Assembly: GCF_001194135.2 (NCBI RefSeq) | Contig: NC_068995.1 | Location: forward strand, 34,772,570-34,836,569 | DNA: 64,000 bases | Direction of reading: 5' to 3' | Source of the DNA: Octopus bimaculoides | Taxonomy: Eukaryota | Shown here: positions 38,499 through 51,591 of the stretch, piece by piece | How positions within the stretch are numbered: the stretch's first letter is position 1 | How the letters are laid out: each line of letters starts with the position of its first letter | The notes under the pieces: model-generated | Databases searched by the model: none | What the model was told of the DNA's origin: nothing | The model's input: only the letters and a program-made list of their open reading frames with translations | Translations under genes and position numbers: made by a program

Positions 38499-39379
38499 AA
38501 CACACACACAAACGCACACACGCACACGCATGCATGCAAGCGCGCATGCACACACATACACACGAACACAGACACGCACACAGACGTGCATGCACGCACA
38601 CACGGACACACACACACACACACACACACATACACACACACACACACGTTTTTGTTCTTACCTATTACGAGATGTTTATAGTTTCTAGTCTGTGTTAATC
38701 ATGTCCAGCATTATTTTATTTATTATATAATCTGACCATATTCCACTAATTCATTTCCAACTTTGATAACGCGGTTAATTTTCAAATTAATAAGCAAGCA
38801 AATTTACACACTATATAAATAAAGCCAAATATTTGATAAGCGCACTGTTAACTTGCTAATCCTAACTTTACGTATATACTTCCTCAAAGATCTTTAAAAA
38901 CTAGCAAACTAAGTACAAACAGAATTGCTCAAAATTGCAACTGCACTAAACGACTGTCTCTACATTCAACTTCTATGGTAAAATATGTAATGAAAAATTC
39001 AAACAAATGTCATATTTAAAATACATATAGAAATTACATTAAACTGTGTCCAGACATGTTTTGTTCAACAACTTTCTCAGTATAAGTAGGAATAAAGATA
39101 TTTGTCTAACTCGATACATATCGTAACTGAAATAAATATGAAGCGTTCTCTAGACACCAACAGGTCTCAAATTTGTATTAACATTACACATTTTTAGGCG
39201 ATGTGTTATTAAGGAAATTCAGCATATCGTCACACAATCATCTATATAAATACTTCAGGCTGGTGACATACCAAACTCAATAACATTTCTATTAATGCTT
39301 ATGTTATTTAACTAGATATAAAAACTTATTCGAAGAGAAACATTCATTTATGCATATCCGTAAATCATGCAAAATGATT

Positions 39380-39575
39380 TTGGTAGCATGTCAGGCAAAA
39401 TGCTTAACGGTATTTCGTCCGTCTTTACATTCTGAGTTCAAATGATTCCGGAGCTGACCTTGTCTTTCAGCTTTAAGGGACCGATAAAAGAAGGACCAGT
39501 CGAGTACTGGGGTCAATGTAATCGACCTAGCCCCACCCCGGACTTCCTGGGGTGGGCTAGGTCCCAATATTTGAA
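39380..39575 (+). mobile_element. SINE family C
   Basis: caggcaaaatgcttaacggtatttcgtccgtctttacattctgagttcaaat...accagtcgagtactggggtcaatgtaatcgac. Confidence 0.7.
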
Positions 39576-40124
39576 ACCAATAGTACTATGTTTGTATTAA
39601 TTTCTTATTCCAATCGATTCCATAAATTGCTTAACTTCATACACATGGAATGAGTTTAAGGAAAAACAAATTTTAAAACAAATAATAAGTATAAAAAATA
39701 AGGAAGACTTCTGCAAAATTTGACAAAACAACAGAACAAACTCACAAGCTATCCATATCGTAAACAGGACGATAATTAATAGCAAAATTCGCATTTAATG
39801 CATTAATTTCACTCTTCTTTCCATATCTGTTAACCCGTAAACTTTTCCTTTGTTTTCCTTCGTTTGTTACGCTTCTCTCTTGTTCACGATACGATAATTT
39901 TTCTCGATGCTTGAAACGGTAGGTTCCACATATGTTTGTGAGTATCTGTACTAGGATAATGCATGAAAATCTGTCACGGTTGTAGTAGCGATAAAAACAT
40001 ATTTGCGTGTATCGTAAATAGGGTTTTTAATAATATATTAAAATAGTATTGTCAAAATGACGTTGTTTATAACTTTTTTTCTGTAATTGTTATTCACAGT
40101 CAACACATACCCCTTATTCTTCAT

Positions 40125-40230
40125 TGCTGGAGTGCACAGCCACTTGCACGTAAATTTCACGAGTAGGCTGTTCCGTTTATCGGATCAACTGTAACCCTCG
40201 TCGTCGTAATCGACGGAGTGCCACGACGAG
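40125..40230 (+). mobile_element. SINE family B, 3' fragment
   Basis: gagtgcacagccacttgcacgtaaatttcacgag...cgtcgtaatcgacggagtgcc matches the reverse complement of 24050-24150. Confidence 0.8.
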
Positions 40231-41715
40231 ATAGAACAACTAAAAAACTTTTGACACAGGAACAAGCTTTACATATTTTGTTGTAGTAGGTGTTGCTTTA
40301 TTTTATCACATATTGGACCTGATCAGAAAGAGTTGCGACCAAAAATTTCAATCCGTGTCCATCTCATCTATTTTTCTGGAATTATGAACCCATTACTACA
40401 TTACTCTTCACACAACTACTTCTTAGAAGCATTTGTGAAAATTATCTGTGTGTAGGTTTTTTTTCACTATCTCGCAGGTTATTTTGTAACACACGAGTGT
40501 AAATTATCTTCCGAAATCAAAATACGAATAATAAACAAAACAATAATCTTCTACACAAGATATGTAGCCCATATTTTCGCATATATTATTTTGGAAAAAG
40601 AAAATTTCATTAAAAACACTAAAAAATTGTTGAGTAATTTTATAAACCGAGAAAGTAACAACAATCTCTAAAATGTAAAAATATTGCAAAGATAACTTAG
40701 ATTTTAAAACATAAATTTCCATTCTTCGAAAATGAACAAGGAAAAGGTATGAGCGAAACTTTCATGGGAGCGTTGTATGTTCAAGATGTAGATTTAAATA
40801 GAGAGAAAATCACAACTAAAGGTTTTAATTATTATCGATTACTTAGCACGATTCTGAAAAACATATACAACAAATAGTAGATCTTTAAAAAAATTAGGGT
40901 AAACTTTCGTGGCTTCTCCTCTCCAGCAGAAAGACAAAAAATAAGAAAAAAGAAACAAAAAGTCAACTGCAAATTACAAGTATTCATGATTTACAAAGCA
41001 TGCAGAGAGAAAGCATAATTAAATTCCTATAACCTTTATCACATATTGACAAAAAACATAATCGAACTATCTAACTATATANNNNNNNNNNNNNNNNNNN
41101 NNNNNNNNNNNNNNNNNNNNNNNNNNNNNNNNATATATATATATATATATATAAATATACATATATGCATATATATATATATAGATATTTTATATATAAA
41201 CATTTATATATATAATTATACATATAATTATATATATATATATACACGAAAACACATGTTTATAAATACAAAACATAGATACACGTAAACATTTTTTCCC
41301 AATAATTTTACTCTATTCTTGAAACCATTAAAGTTTTGAACTTTCATTCAATTAGTTAATGTTGCAACGGACACTTTCAAAACCAAATGTTACTTGAACG
41401 AAACGAACCTTATTACAACATATTGAAAATATAAACAAGAATTGGAAATTGATTGTAGTTTGAAATATTCAATAGATTTTGAGTTCTATTGAATTTATTG
41501 AATTACTAATTTATACTTTGTAATACGTTTGTTAAAAAAAAACCCATATAAATACGATATATTACATGTATGTGTACACACATTATTCATACACATGATC
41601 AACAGGCTTACTCTTCTTTCTTAGTATTTCTGTTTCTATTTAAACTACTCACTCATCTAGTATGTCTGTATATATATATGAGTGTGTGTGTGTGTGTGTG
41701 TGTGTGCATAAATGC

Positions 41716-41751
<36 letters not shown>

Positions 41752-41998
41752 AGAGAGAGACGGGGACAAAGAGCGAGAGTGACAAATAGAAAAAATGAGG
41801 GATAGCCTGACGTATGTAAACACGCTATTAACTTCACTCACCACCTTCAACAGTACCACCTTCAATAAATGTCTATGTTGAGTTTCATCAAGATGATTAA
41901 CAATACCAAATGACATACATTGAATTATACGCAAATATAAATACCTAAATATACACCCATACATTAACACATGCACAGAAACAAACAGAAACACACAG

Positions 41999-42047
<49 letters not shown>

Positions 42048-42848
42048 NNNNNNNNNNNNNNNNNNNNNNNNNNNNNNNNNNNNNNNNNNNNNNNNNNNNN
42101 NNNNNNNNNNNNNNNNNNNNNNNNNNNNNNNNNNNNNNNNNNNNNNNNNNNNNNNNNNNNNNNNNNNNNNNNNNNNNNNNNNNNNNNNNNNNNNNNNNNN
42201 NNNNNNNNNNNNNNNNNNNNNNNNNNNNNNNNNNNNNNNNNNNNNNNNNNNNNNNNNNNNNNNNNNNNNNNNNNNNNNNNNNNNNNNNNNNNNNNNNNNN
42301 NNNNNNNNNNNNNNNNNNNNNNNNNNNNNNNNNNNNNNNNNNNNNNNNNNNNNNNNNNNNNNNNNNNNNNNNNNNNNNNNNNNNNNNNNNNNNNNNNNNN
42401 NNNNNNNNNNNNNNNNNNNNNNNNNNNNNNNNNNNNNNNNNNNNNNNNNNNNNNNNNNNNNNNNNNNNNNNNNNNNNNNNNNNNNNNNNNNNNNNNNNNN
42501 NNNNNNNNNNNNNNNNNNNNNNNNNNNNNNNNNNNNNNNNNNNNNNNNNNNNNNNNNNNNNNNNNNNNNNNNNNNNNNNNNNNNNNNNNNNNNNNNNNNN
42601 NNNNNNNNNNNNNNNNNNNNNNNNNNNNNNNNNNNNNNNNNNNNNNNNNNNNNNNNNNNNNNNNNNNNNNNNNNNNNNNNNNNNNNNNNNNNNNNNNNNN
42701 NNNNNNNNNNNNNNNNNNNNNNNNNNNNNNNNNNNNNNNNNNNNNNNNNNNNNNNNNNNNNNNNNNNNNNNNNNNNNNNNNNNNNNNNNNNNNNNNNNNN
42801 NNNNNNNNNNNNNNNNNNNNNNNNNNNNNNNNNNNNNNNNNNNNNNNN

Positions 42849-43125
42849 GTTATTACAACCGCTGGATGGAGCAGAGGGTCTGTACTTTCAGCAGGACGGG
42901 GCACCGGCCCATTATGCTACGCTTGTGCGAGATTGGCTGGACGCTAACCTGCCCTGTCTATGGATTGGCAGGCGAGGACCGCTTGAGTGGCCGTCTCGTT
43001 CGCCGGATTTGACCCCACCTGACTTTTTCCCGTGGGGCGTTCTCAAAGAGAAAGTCTACTCAACAAAGCCTCGCAATATTGCTGAACTTAAGGAACAAAT
43101 TCAAGCTGCCAGATAACTTTGTGCA
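42849..43125 (+). mobile_element. Tc1/mariner-superfamily DD41D-type transposase C-terminal fragment
   Basis: FQQDGAPAHY...WIGRRGPLEWPSRSPDLTPPDFFPWGVLKEKVY; 41 residues counted between the QQD Asp and the SPDLxPxD Asp. Confidence 0.9.
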
Positions 43126-43336
43126 GAACCATTTCAAAACCGCAATATTTTCTTCTTTTGTTAATTGGGTAGACATAATAAATATAACAGTATATTTGAA
43201 ATGGGGGGGGGGAGGGGTAGAAATAAAACTATAAGATTTCAGCTTTCAAATGGCATATGAAATAGAAAAATTGAATAAGTATCAACAGTTACAAGTAAAA
43301 GAAAATATATAGTTCCTTATGGCGGACTCTGTATGT

Positions 43337-43548
43337 TTACTTTTATTCTTTTATTCGTTTCAGTCATTTGCTGCAGCCATGCTGGAGCACCACCTTTAGT
43401 CAGACAAATCGACCCCAAGACTTATTCTTTGTAAGCCTAGTACTTATCCTATCAGTCTCTTTTGCCGAACCGCTAGGTTACGGGGGCATAAACACACCAA
43501 CATCTGTTGTCAAGCGATGGTGGGGGACAGAGGCACACAAACATACAC

Positions 43549-43644
<96 letters not shown>

Positions 43645-43730
43645 GACGGGCTTCGCTCAATTTCCATCTACCAGATCTACTCTCAAGGCTTTGGTCGGCC
43701 TGATGCTATAGCAGAAGACACTTGCCGAGG
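43337..43730 (-). mobile_element. SINE family A lacking its tRNA head
   Basis: Tail and body colinear with the 46305 copy; ends at gacacttgccgagg. Confidence 0.9.
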
Positions 43731-43784
43731 ATAATTTTATAATTTTGCTAAACCAGAGAATAAAAGTAGGACTCTAGATTAAAA

Positions 43785-44607
43785 GGTATAATGAATAAAC
43801 GCTCTAATTGTTCAAAACAAATTTATAACATTCCCATATTATCATAAATCGAGCATAGATATATATTAAAACATCAGGACATCCAATGGAAAAACCCAAT
43901 AGTATAAAATATACACATATATACGAATAAAAAGGGATAAAATCTAAAAGGATAATACGAGTGAAGTCGAATGAAGAAAAATATATGGGTTAATTTAATA
44001 CATGATAAAAGCGACTAAAGATTTAAGGCAATGAAACTAAAATGATATAAATATAAATATAAATATAAAGGGCAAAGTGTTAGCCAGGAAAGAGTCCATT
44101 CAAATCCATCTCTTCGATACTTTCAAAAGACGTTGCCTCTATTCGGCAAAGTAAAATTAATTAAGGAAATCCAAAGGCAATGACCTTTTCTTCAGGAGAA
44201 AATTTGCGATAGTCTCATATTTCTGGTTGTCAAAGGAATCGTTTGACGAAGAGAGGTAACGTCTTTTGAAACTATCGTAGAGTTGGATTGAATCGACTCT
44301 TTTCTGGTTACCACTTTGCCCTAGCTATTTCTATTTCTATTTCTATTATTTTAGTTTCATTGCCTTAAATTTTTAGACGCTTTTATTATGCATTAAATTA
44401 ATCCATATATTTTTTTTTCTTTGGACCTCACTCGTATTACACTTTTAGGTTTTATCATCTTTAATTCGTATATATGAGTATATTTTATATTATTGGGTTT
44501 TACCATTGGATGTCCTGATGTTTTAATATATATTTATGTTCGAGTTATGATAATATAGGAATGTTATGAAGTTGTCTTGACCATTTATGGCGTTTATTCA
44601 TTATACC
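43785..44607. repeat. Long inverted repeat (fold-back): arms of about 366 bp, 91-bp spacer
   Basis: 43785-44150 is the reverse complement of 44242-44607 at roughly 80-85% identity by eye (e.g. aaaacatcaggacatccaatgg / ccattggatgtcctgatgtttt). Confidence 0.92.
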
Positions 44608-44634
44608 GTGCAATTATATATATATATATATAAT

Positions 44635-44733
44635 CAGTTCTCAAGGCAATAAAAAAACGCTATGAAAATGACCGGTAATTTCCCTTTGTTTAACCGTCAT
44701 TTTAACAGCATTTTTTGATTGCCTTGATAACTG
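44635..44733. repeat. Short palindromic element (about 99 bp)
   Basis: cagttctcaaggcaataaaaaaacgct..aaaatgac / gtcatttt..agcattttttgattgccttgataactg. Confidence 0.7.
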
Positions 44734-44809
44734 GCAAGATGCCGGAGCAGATTTCCGCGCCGATATCCGAAACTCAGAGTTTTATTACGGCAACCCAATA
44801 AATGTCACA

Positions 44810-44995
44810 TATTATATTTGGCATCAAGTACTACAGGAATGCCCGCACGGGTCGCCATTGCATGGTGCCAAAGGTACCGTCCACTGCACCTCACATAAGA
44901 ACGAGATACTGTAGCAGCCTCGGTTTCAGAGGACCTCAGCTCTTCAATGCCCTGCCAAAACATTTGAGAGACATGCAAGACATGGATGCGGAGGT
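44810..44995 (+). mobile_element. CR1-type LINE 3' coding fragment, running into a gap
   Basis: FGIKYYRNARTGRHCMVPKVP...RTRYCSSLGFRGPQLFNALPKHLRD; the last 81 bp are identical to 32820-32900. Confidence 0.85.
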
Positions 44996-46304
44996 NNNNN
45001 NNNNNNNNNNNNNNNNNNNNNNNNNNNNNNNNNNNNNNNNNNNNNNNNNNNNNNNNNNNNNNNNNNNNNNNNNNNNNNNNNNNNNNNNNNNNNNNNNNNN
45101 NNNNNNNNNNNNNNNNNNNNNNNNNNNNNNNNNNNNNNNNNNNNNNNNNNNNNNNNNNNNNNNNNNNNNNNNNNNNNNNNNNNNNNNNNNNNNNNNNNNN
45201 NNNNNNNNNNNNNNNNNNNNNNNNNNNNNNNNNNNNNNNNNNNNNNNNNNNNNNNNNNNNNNNNNNNNNNNNNNNNNNNNNNNNNNNNNNNNNNNNNNNN
45301 NNNNNNNNNNNNNNNNNNNNNNNNNNNNNNNNNNNNNNNNNNNNNNNNNNNNNNNNNNNNNNNNNNNNNNNNNNNNNNNNNNNNNNNNNNNNNNNNNNNN
45401 NNNNNNNNNNNNNNNNNNNNNNNNNNNNNNNNNNNNNNNNNNNNNNNNNNNNNNNNNNNNNNNNNNNNNNNNNNNNNNNNNNNNNNNNNNNNNNNNNNNN
45501 NNNNNNNNNNNNNNNNNNNNNNNNNNNNNNNNNNNNNNNNNNNNNNNNNNNNNNNNNNNNNNNNNNNNNNNNNNNNNNNNNNNNNNNNNNNNNNNNNNNN
45601 NNNNNNNNNNNNNNNNNNNNNNNNNNNNNNNNNNNNNNNNNNNNNNNNNNNNNNNNNNNNNNNNNNNNNNNNNNNNNNNNNNNNNNNNNNNNATATATAT
45701 ATATATATATATACTATATAGAATCCAGTGTGTGCATCTTACAGATAGCTCCAAAGAAACTTATAAGCATTGAAAGCAATTAAAATTATTATTATCTGAC
45801 TTGAATGAGTCATTCACCTCTTTCATTGAACTCGTAGTTTGTGCTATGAGCAATACTAAACATAAATCTCTATTTATTGTAAGAGACATCAATTAGAGTT
45901 GAAACCCAATAGAGTTACTTTCAACAGTATTTCACTTGTTAACTTACAATTAAGCATATTGTACAATAACGTTTAGAGGTATAAACGAAGAAATTGTATA
46001 TAATAAATCATAAACTTCAGGTAGTTTCATAATACGATATCAGACAGTGAAGCGAAATGTAAGGAGTGAGAATTAAAGAAAGTAATAGTAGGATATAAAA
46101 GACGAATTTTAGAAAATAGAAAGACAGAAGTGTTTGCCTGAAAATTCTAAAATGGGTTATCTGCATCTCAATTCTTGTTGGCCAGATCTTGATGCATGTG
46201 TGCAGCTTCTGATTTGATATTCTGATATATCTCTGGTATCTGTGAGTTACTCAGAATTAGTAGTTTACTTCTACAGTGCCGGGGCCATATAATTTAGTTC
46301 CATA

Positions 46305-46726
46305 TACTCTTTTACTCTTTACTCTTTTACTATTTTACTTGTTTCAGTCATTTGACTGCGGCCATGCTGGTATACCGCCTTTAGTCGAGCATATCGACTC
46401 CAGAACTTATTCTTTGTAAACCTAGTACTTATTCTATCGGTCTCTTTTTGCCGAACCGTTAAGTTACGGGGACGTAAACACACCAGCATTGGTTGTCAAG
46501 CTATGGTGGGGGGACAAACACAGATACACAAACACACATACATATATACATATACATATATACGACGGGCTTCTTTCAGTTTCCGTCTACCAAATCCACT
46601 CACAAGATTTTGGTCGGCCCGAGGCTATAGTGGAAGACACTTGCCCAAGGTGCCACGCAGTGGGACTGAACCCGGAACCATGTGGTTTGTAAGCAAGCCA
46701 CTTACCACACAGCCACTCCTACGCCT
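46305..46726 (-). mobile_element. SINE family A, well-preserved full-length copy
   Basis: A-box-like GTGGCTGTGTGG, B-box-like GGTTCAGTCC, internal (TA/TG)n, tail (TAAAAGAG)n. Confidence 0.95.
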
Positions 46727-47649
46727 ATATATATATTTTTTCACAGCTTCTCAATTTAAGACTTCCCTATAATTTAATAATTTTTCAACAATCCTTTGAT
46801 GAAAAAAGCTGTTGACAGCTTTATCAAGATTATATCCAAAATAATTTGTGAATTTTATTATATTCTTTTAGTCTGTTCTAAAAGAAGAGAAATTGTTGTG
46901 AAATCAGCTTTTAAATGACCCATCTCTCACACTCTCACAGGGATATATCAATTTTGAGTGGTGCCAATGTTTATGTATATATATATTTAAACTTCTCTCC
47001 ACATACCATGCCTTTTGTATTGCAGAATCCCTCCAACCGAAACGTAGTGATTTCCCTACAAAAACAACCAGCCTCCCCATTGCACTATATTATTCGATTC
47101 ACATTCGCTGTACAACTGAAACAAACCAATTTTGTAATTTTTATGGCGAAGATACCTGCTAATTTATTAATGTTAGTGAAACGTAAGTTAGACATTATAT
47201 TAAGGGAGGAATAGGTATAGGACCACTTGATATCATAACAGCATTTCCTGTAAGGAATCATGCACTGTGAATATATAGGATTTACTCCACTAGCATCGTT
47301 GTAGCAGCGTTCAATTTTTATAGGCCACATTCAAGATAGTTCTCTTGACATAATTTGTTAGATCATTACTTACTACAGGCGTTTATGTACTGTAATAACC
47401 TACGCTTACGTCAGTTGATTTTTTGGTTGGTTTGATAAAGGTTAACATTAGCTAGTATTTAGATTTGGTGCAATACCGAGGATATTCAACGTTTAATTAA
47501 TTTCTGGTAATTTTAAGTATGAATAATCTGAATATCTGTGTTAGATCCTCATTCTCTTCTATGAAGTAAGTACATTTGCATTTTTATAAATAGCTAACAC
47601 ATACTCTCCGTACAGGCTAAAATAACAGAAAGGAATTTTCTGTTTACTA

Positions 47650-48020
47650 TATCGAATATATATAATATTTTTGGGTAGCAAACTATCTGCGTCATCAAAC
47701 AATCACATGCTTACATAAAAAGAACTGTGCAGGTCATATTTCTTGACCCAAACTGAGACATTATCCAAAAGCCGACTCTTTCGCGCATACTTTACAATGA
47801 TGTCACTTTTATCTAATGTGCTATACATCTTTGTAAAGTATATTGCTTTATTTAAAAACTCTTTAGAGATCGTTGGATAAACATCAAGAATATCACGCTG
47901 AGTAATTTTCACATTGTTTATATTAATAATTTATCCCATTAATATATATTTACATTAGTGATGTATTACAGGACGATGTTGCTAATAATTCCGTTGATTT
48001 TATTAATCTTCATTTGATTA
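47650..48020 (-). mobile_element. Penelope-like RT fragment
   Basis: LDVYPTISKEFLNKAIYF...IIVKYARKSRLLDN..VWVKK...FYVSM matches the PLE RT pattern DFYPSI...LL.KA..F...ARKSLLF...W.KK...FDVTMG. Confidence 0.7.
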
Positions 48021-48166
48021 TTATTCTTAGTTTAGTTACGATGAATAATAAATAAAGATTAATAAAAAGATCGGAATCATTAGCAATATCGTTCTATAAT
48101 ACAACACTAACGTAAATATACACTAATGGAATAAAGTTATTAATAAAAACAATGTGCGATTACTCA
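47899..48166. repeat. Fold-back inverted repeat, arms of about 125 bp, almost no spacer
   Basis: tgagtaat..cacattgttt.tattaataa...ttgctaat.attccg is mirrored by cggaatcattagcaat...ttattaataaaaacaatgtg.gattactca. Confidence 0.85.
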
Positions 48167-48479
48167 ACTTGACACTATTATCTATGAATTTTAAAGAAAG
48201 CGTATGTCTATATATCATGCAGTGTATACGAAAGGAAAAAAAATTAGAACTAAACATTAATTTAATTCGTTTTTAAATAAATTTTACGCCAACATATTTT
48301 GATAAAAACTAGTTTATGACATTAACATAATTTATCCCCCATTGTACACTCTAAGTTTTTTTCACTCTGGGATTCACGAAATTCATTGTTCAAACAGATT
48401 TGTTTGAACATTCGAAACTGAGAAACTTATGATTGAAATAGCTGTAGATTCTAATAATTCTTTGAACTATAGTCATGAG

Positions 48480-48665
48480 GCCTAAAATTTGGGTGGAAGG
48501 GGTTAGTCGATTATATCAACTCCAGTGCTCCACTCATACTTATTTTATCAGCTCCGAAAGGATGGGAGTCAAAGTCGACCTCGGAGGAATTTGAACTCAG
48601 AACAGAAAACAGGAAGAAATGCCACTAAATATTTTATTTTTCCGGTAATGATTCTGCGAGATCGC
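48480..48665 (-). mobile_element. SINE family C
   Basis: agtcgattatatcaactccagt...tccgaaaggatg..agtcaaagtcgacctcggaggaatttgaactcagaac is the reverse complement of the family C core. Confidence 0.7.
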
Positions 48666-49391
48666 TGCTTTATCTCTAAACTCTATTATGTATATATGCG
48701 TGCGAAATTATATATATAAAGATAGATAAATATAGATATGCATATAGGGAGTGTTTTGTTTTTGTTATTCATTTTTGAACTATCATTTTCTGTTCTATTT
48801 ATCTCCTGTTTACAAATATTTTCATAATTGTATAATTTTAATTTTGAACTGGATACTTATTCTCTTACGAAAGCTTTCATTATTTTCCTTTGCATTGTAG
48901 GTCTCTCTCGTTCAGTATCTATTCTCGAATAATCATTGTTTCACTCCTTATATATGTGTGTCTGATTCTTTTGTTATACCTAAACCCTCTCTAATTTTTT
49001 CCCTCTGTCTTACTATAATCGCTATAATTTATGTTTTCTTAATTATTTATTTACAAAGCTTATTTCTCGTCACATCACAATAATAGATTTCTAAAGATAG
49101 TTGGCAGCAAAATGTTTTTATTTTAAGTGTTTAATATTTTCATGTATATAATTTTGATCCAGTCATAAAAAAAATACATATTTAGAAACACTATATAGAG
49201 GCTTCGAATCAAAATTTCAAATAGCCGATATTTGGATTTGTTGAAGATTCAAGTTAATATTTGGAGATGCATTTTAATTGTATTTGTTTTATAATTTCAT
49301 TTAATATTACATTAAAGTTGTCAGCCTGGAGGACAAAACACCATTAAGAATTATTCTTGTGGGAATTATGATGCATATTGTATAAAAAAAT

Positions 49392-49392
<1 letters not shown>

Positions 49393-49434
<42 letters not shown>

Positions 49435-49453
49435 GCTGCTGCTGCTGCTGCTG

Positions 49454-49508
<55 letters not shown>

Positions 49509-49528
49509 CACTGCTGCTNNNNNNNNNN

Positions 49529-49573
<45 letters not shown>

Positions 49574-49600
49574 CAACACCACTGCTGCTGCTGCTTGTGA
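49393..49600. repeat. Compound (CTA)n/(CTG)n trinucleotide microsatellite
   Basis: Direct inspection. Confidence 0.95.
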
Positions 49601-51022
49601 TGATGATGAGGAAAAGGGGGAGGAAGGGAGGGAGGTTGATGAAGATACCGGTGACGAGGAGTATAATATGGGATGAAGTATCCCCATTTTGTCTGGTGTA
49701 AATTCAGATACGGAAGAAAAATGATCTTCCACCACTATATTATACTGGATATATGTACCCTACTTAACATGTCATATATTCTTTACTTTGTGGAAGCAAT
49801 TATTCATCATAATACAAGCATATATGCATTCAATCATACATATATGCATAAAATCATGCATGTATACTAACGTTCATAGAGACATGCATACCATCTGGGT
49901 TAGTGCTGCTGTTATATAAGCGACCATTCTTTACCATAAGATTTTTATCTTTAAGAGTACTCCAGTATAGGGCCAGTAGAATTGTGAGTTATGAGGTCAA
50001 TAAGAGCAAGTCTCAGTTGTCCTGTAAATTCCCGTTCTTCTACTTAATTACTACAGTTCATTACTAATTGAATATTTTGACATCTAGGATACAATGAAAT
50101 AGGGGCATTAGAGGGGAAATAAGTGCTTAGTTTCAGAATAAAATGAGGACAATGACAATTTAGAACAATAATGTAAAATGATTCAGCCACAAGTCTGATA
50201 AATATTTTCACCCGATATGAAGCCTACAGCGATGTCTCACATAGGGTGAAAATATTAAATACAAATATGGGAAGATTTCTATTTAAACAGTTAAAATGGT
50301 CGGTAAAGCAGGATATTGACAAAACTAAAAATACGTATATTTTAAATAAATACGTTATTAAACACGCATAGAACTAATACACCAGTAGTTGAAATTCGGT
50401 TTTCAAGTTCCGCAATGAAATTCTACACAAAAGTAAATGATTGAATTTTGATGAAGAAGATGTATTTCTGCAATTAGCCAAGAAGGCATCTTAACATTAA
50501 TCATCAGAAATAAAAGAAAATGCAGAATATTCGGAAATGAAATATATAATAGTTGAATGAGAACAATAACATTCGAGAAGAATAAAATATTTTTTAAAAC
50601 TAGATTTCTAAACATAAAACTTGCGTAAATTTTAAGTATAATTGAAGCTCAAGAGAAAAGTACCAAATAATGAATTTCCGTTAATGGCTTTAGAATGCAA
50701 ATTAATTTGACACGTAATTCAGCATTATGGATCACTTTATGAATAATATCATTAAAAAGCGATAGATTCTGTTCTTTCAGCTGTTTTTCCAGCTCACTAT
50801 TTTTATATTACATCATCGTATAAAAATATGAATGCATATAATCCTTAATCTAAGAGAAAGGAAAATTCATATAAATTCATGTTTACATATGAGAAATCTA
50901 AGTAACCAATATAAAAAGCTAAAGTATATAATTATATACATTACAAAAACAATGGTAAGTAAGCAATTGTGTACGCTCACTCATACATACATACATACAT
51001 ACATACATACATGCACAATCGG

Positions 51023-51084
<62 letters not shown>

Positions 51085-51116
51085 AACGTCCCTATATGGT
51101 TGTTTGTTATGGCCAG

Positions 51117-51211
51117 TCAGACAGTGACCGTTGGTTTTGCACCTATAAAGCACTTAGCTGTATAGGCAACCTGCCCGACTTCAATTGCCGGAGGCACATA
51201 ATTTGCTGCAA
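51117..51211 (-). CDS. Candidate terminal exon ((V)AANYVPPAIEVGQVAYTAKCFIGAKPTVTV*)
   Basis: Strong acceptor TTTTTCTCTCTCTCCAG| on the minus strand, protein-like composition, non-repetitive. No homologue recognised. Confidence 0.2.
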
Positions 51212-51591
51212 CTGGAGAGAGAGAAAAACGTCAGTTGATTTTATAAAAGAAAATAAAACATCGGAACGAAACTGTACTGGTAAAGTCTTGGGCGGTGCGG
51301 AGTTACCCCCTTTACATCTGTTCCAGCGGTATCCACTTCCATTTTCGAAGTTAGTAGCGTTTTCATAGACGGCAAATGGAGAATTCCATTTTTGCAACAG
51401 GATGAGGGTATTTAGTAAACATCTCTTTTTCGGAATTTAAAAAAAGGCATCCGGATCAAGTGAGTTTTTCAGGATCCTTGCCCATTCAGCCAAGCAAAGC
51501 TTACATCATTTACTCCCGTTCAGATATTTAACCCCAGTCATTCAAGGTGTCTCCATTTAATTATGTGTGGCGTACTCTCCTCTTTTAACCG

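Noticed and set aside
47026-47182. Plus-strand exon candidate (TTGCAG|...|GTAAGT); similar ones at 37879-37976 and 63063-63102
   Set aside because: The splice words are plausible, but there is no recognisable protein. The 37879 candidate has stops in all frames, and such signals are frequent by chance in AT-rich DNA.
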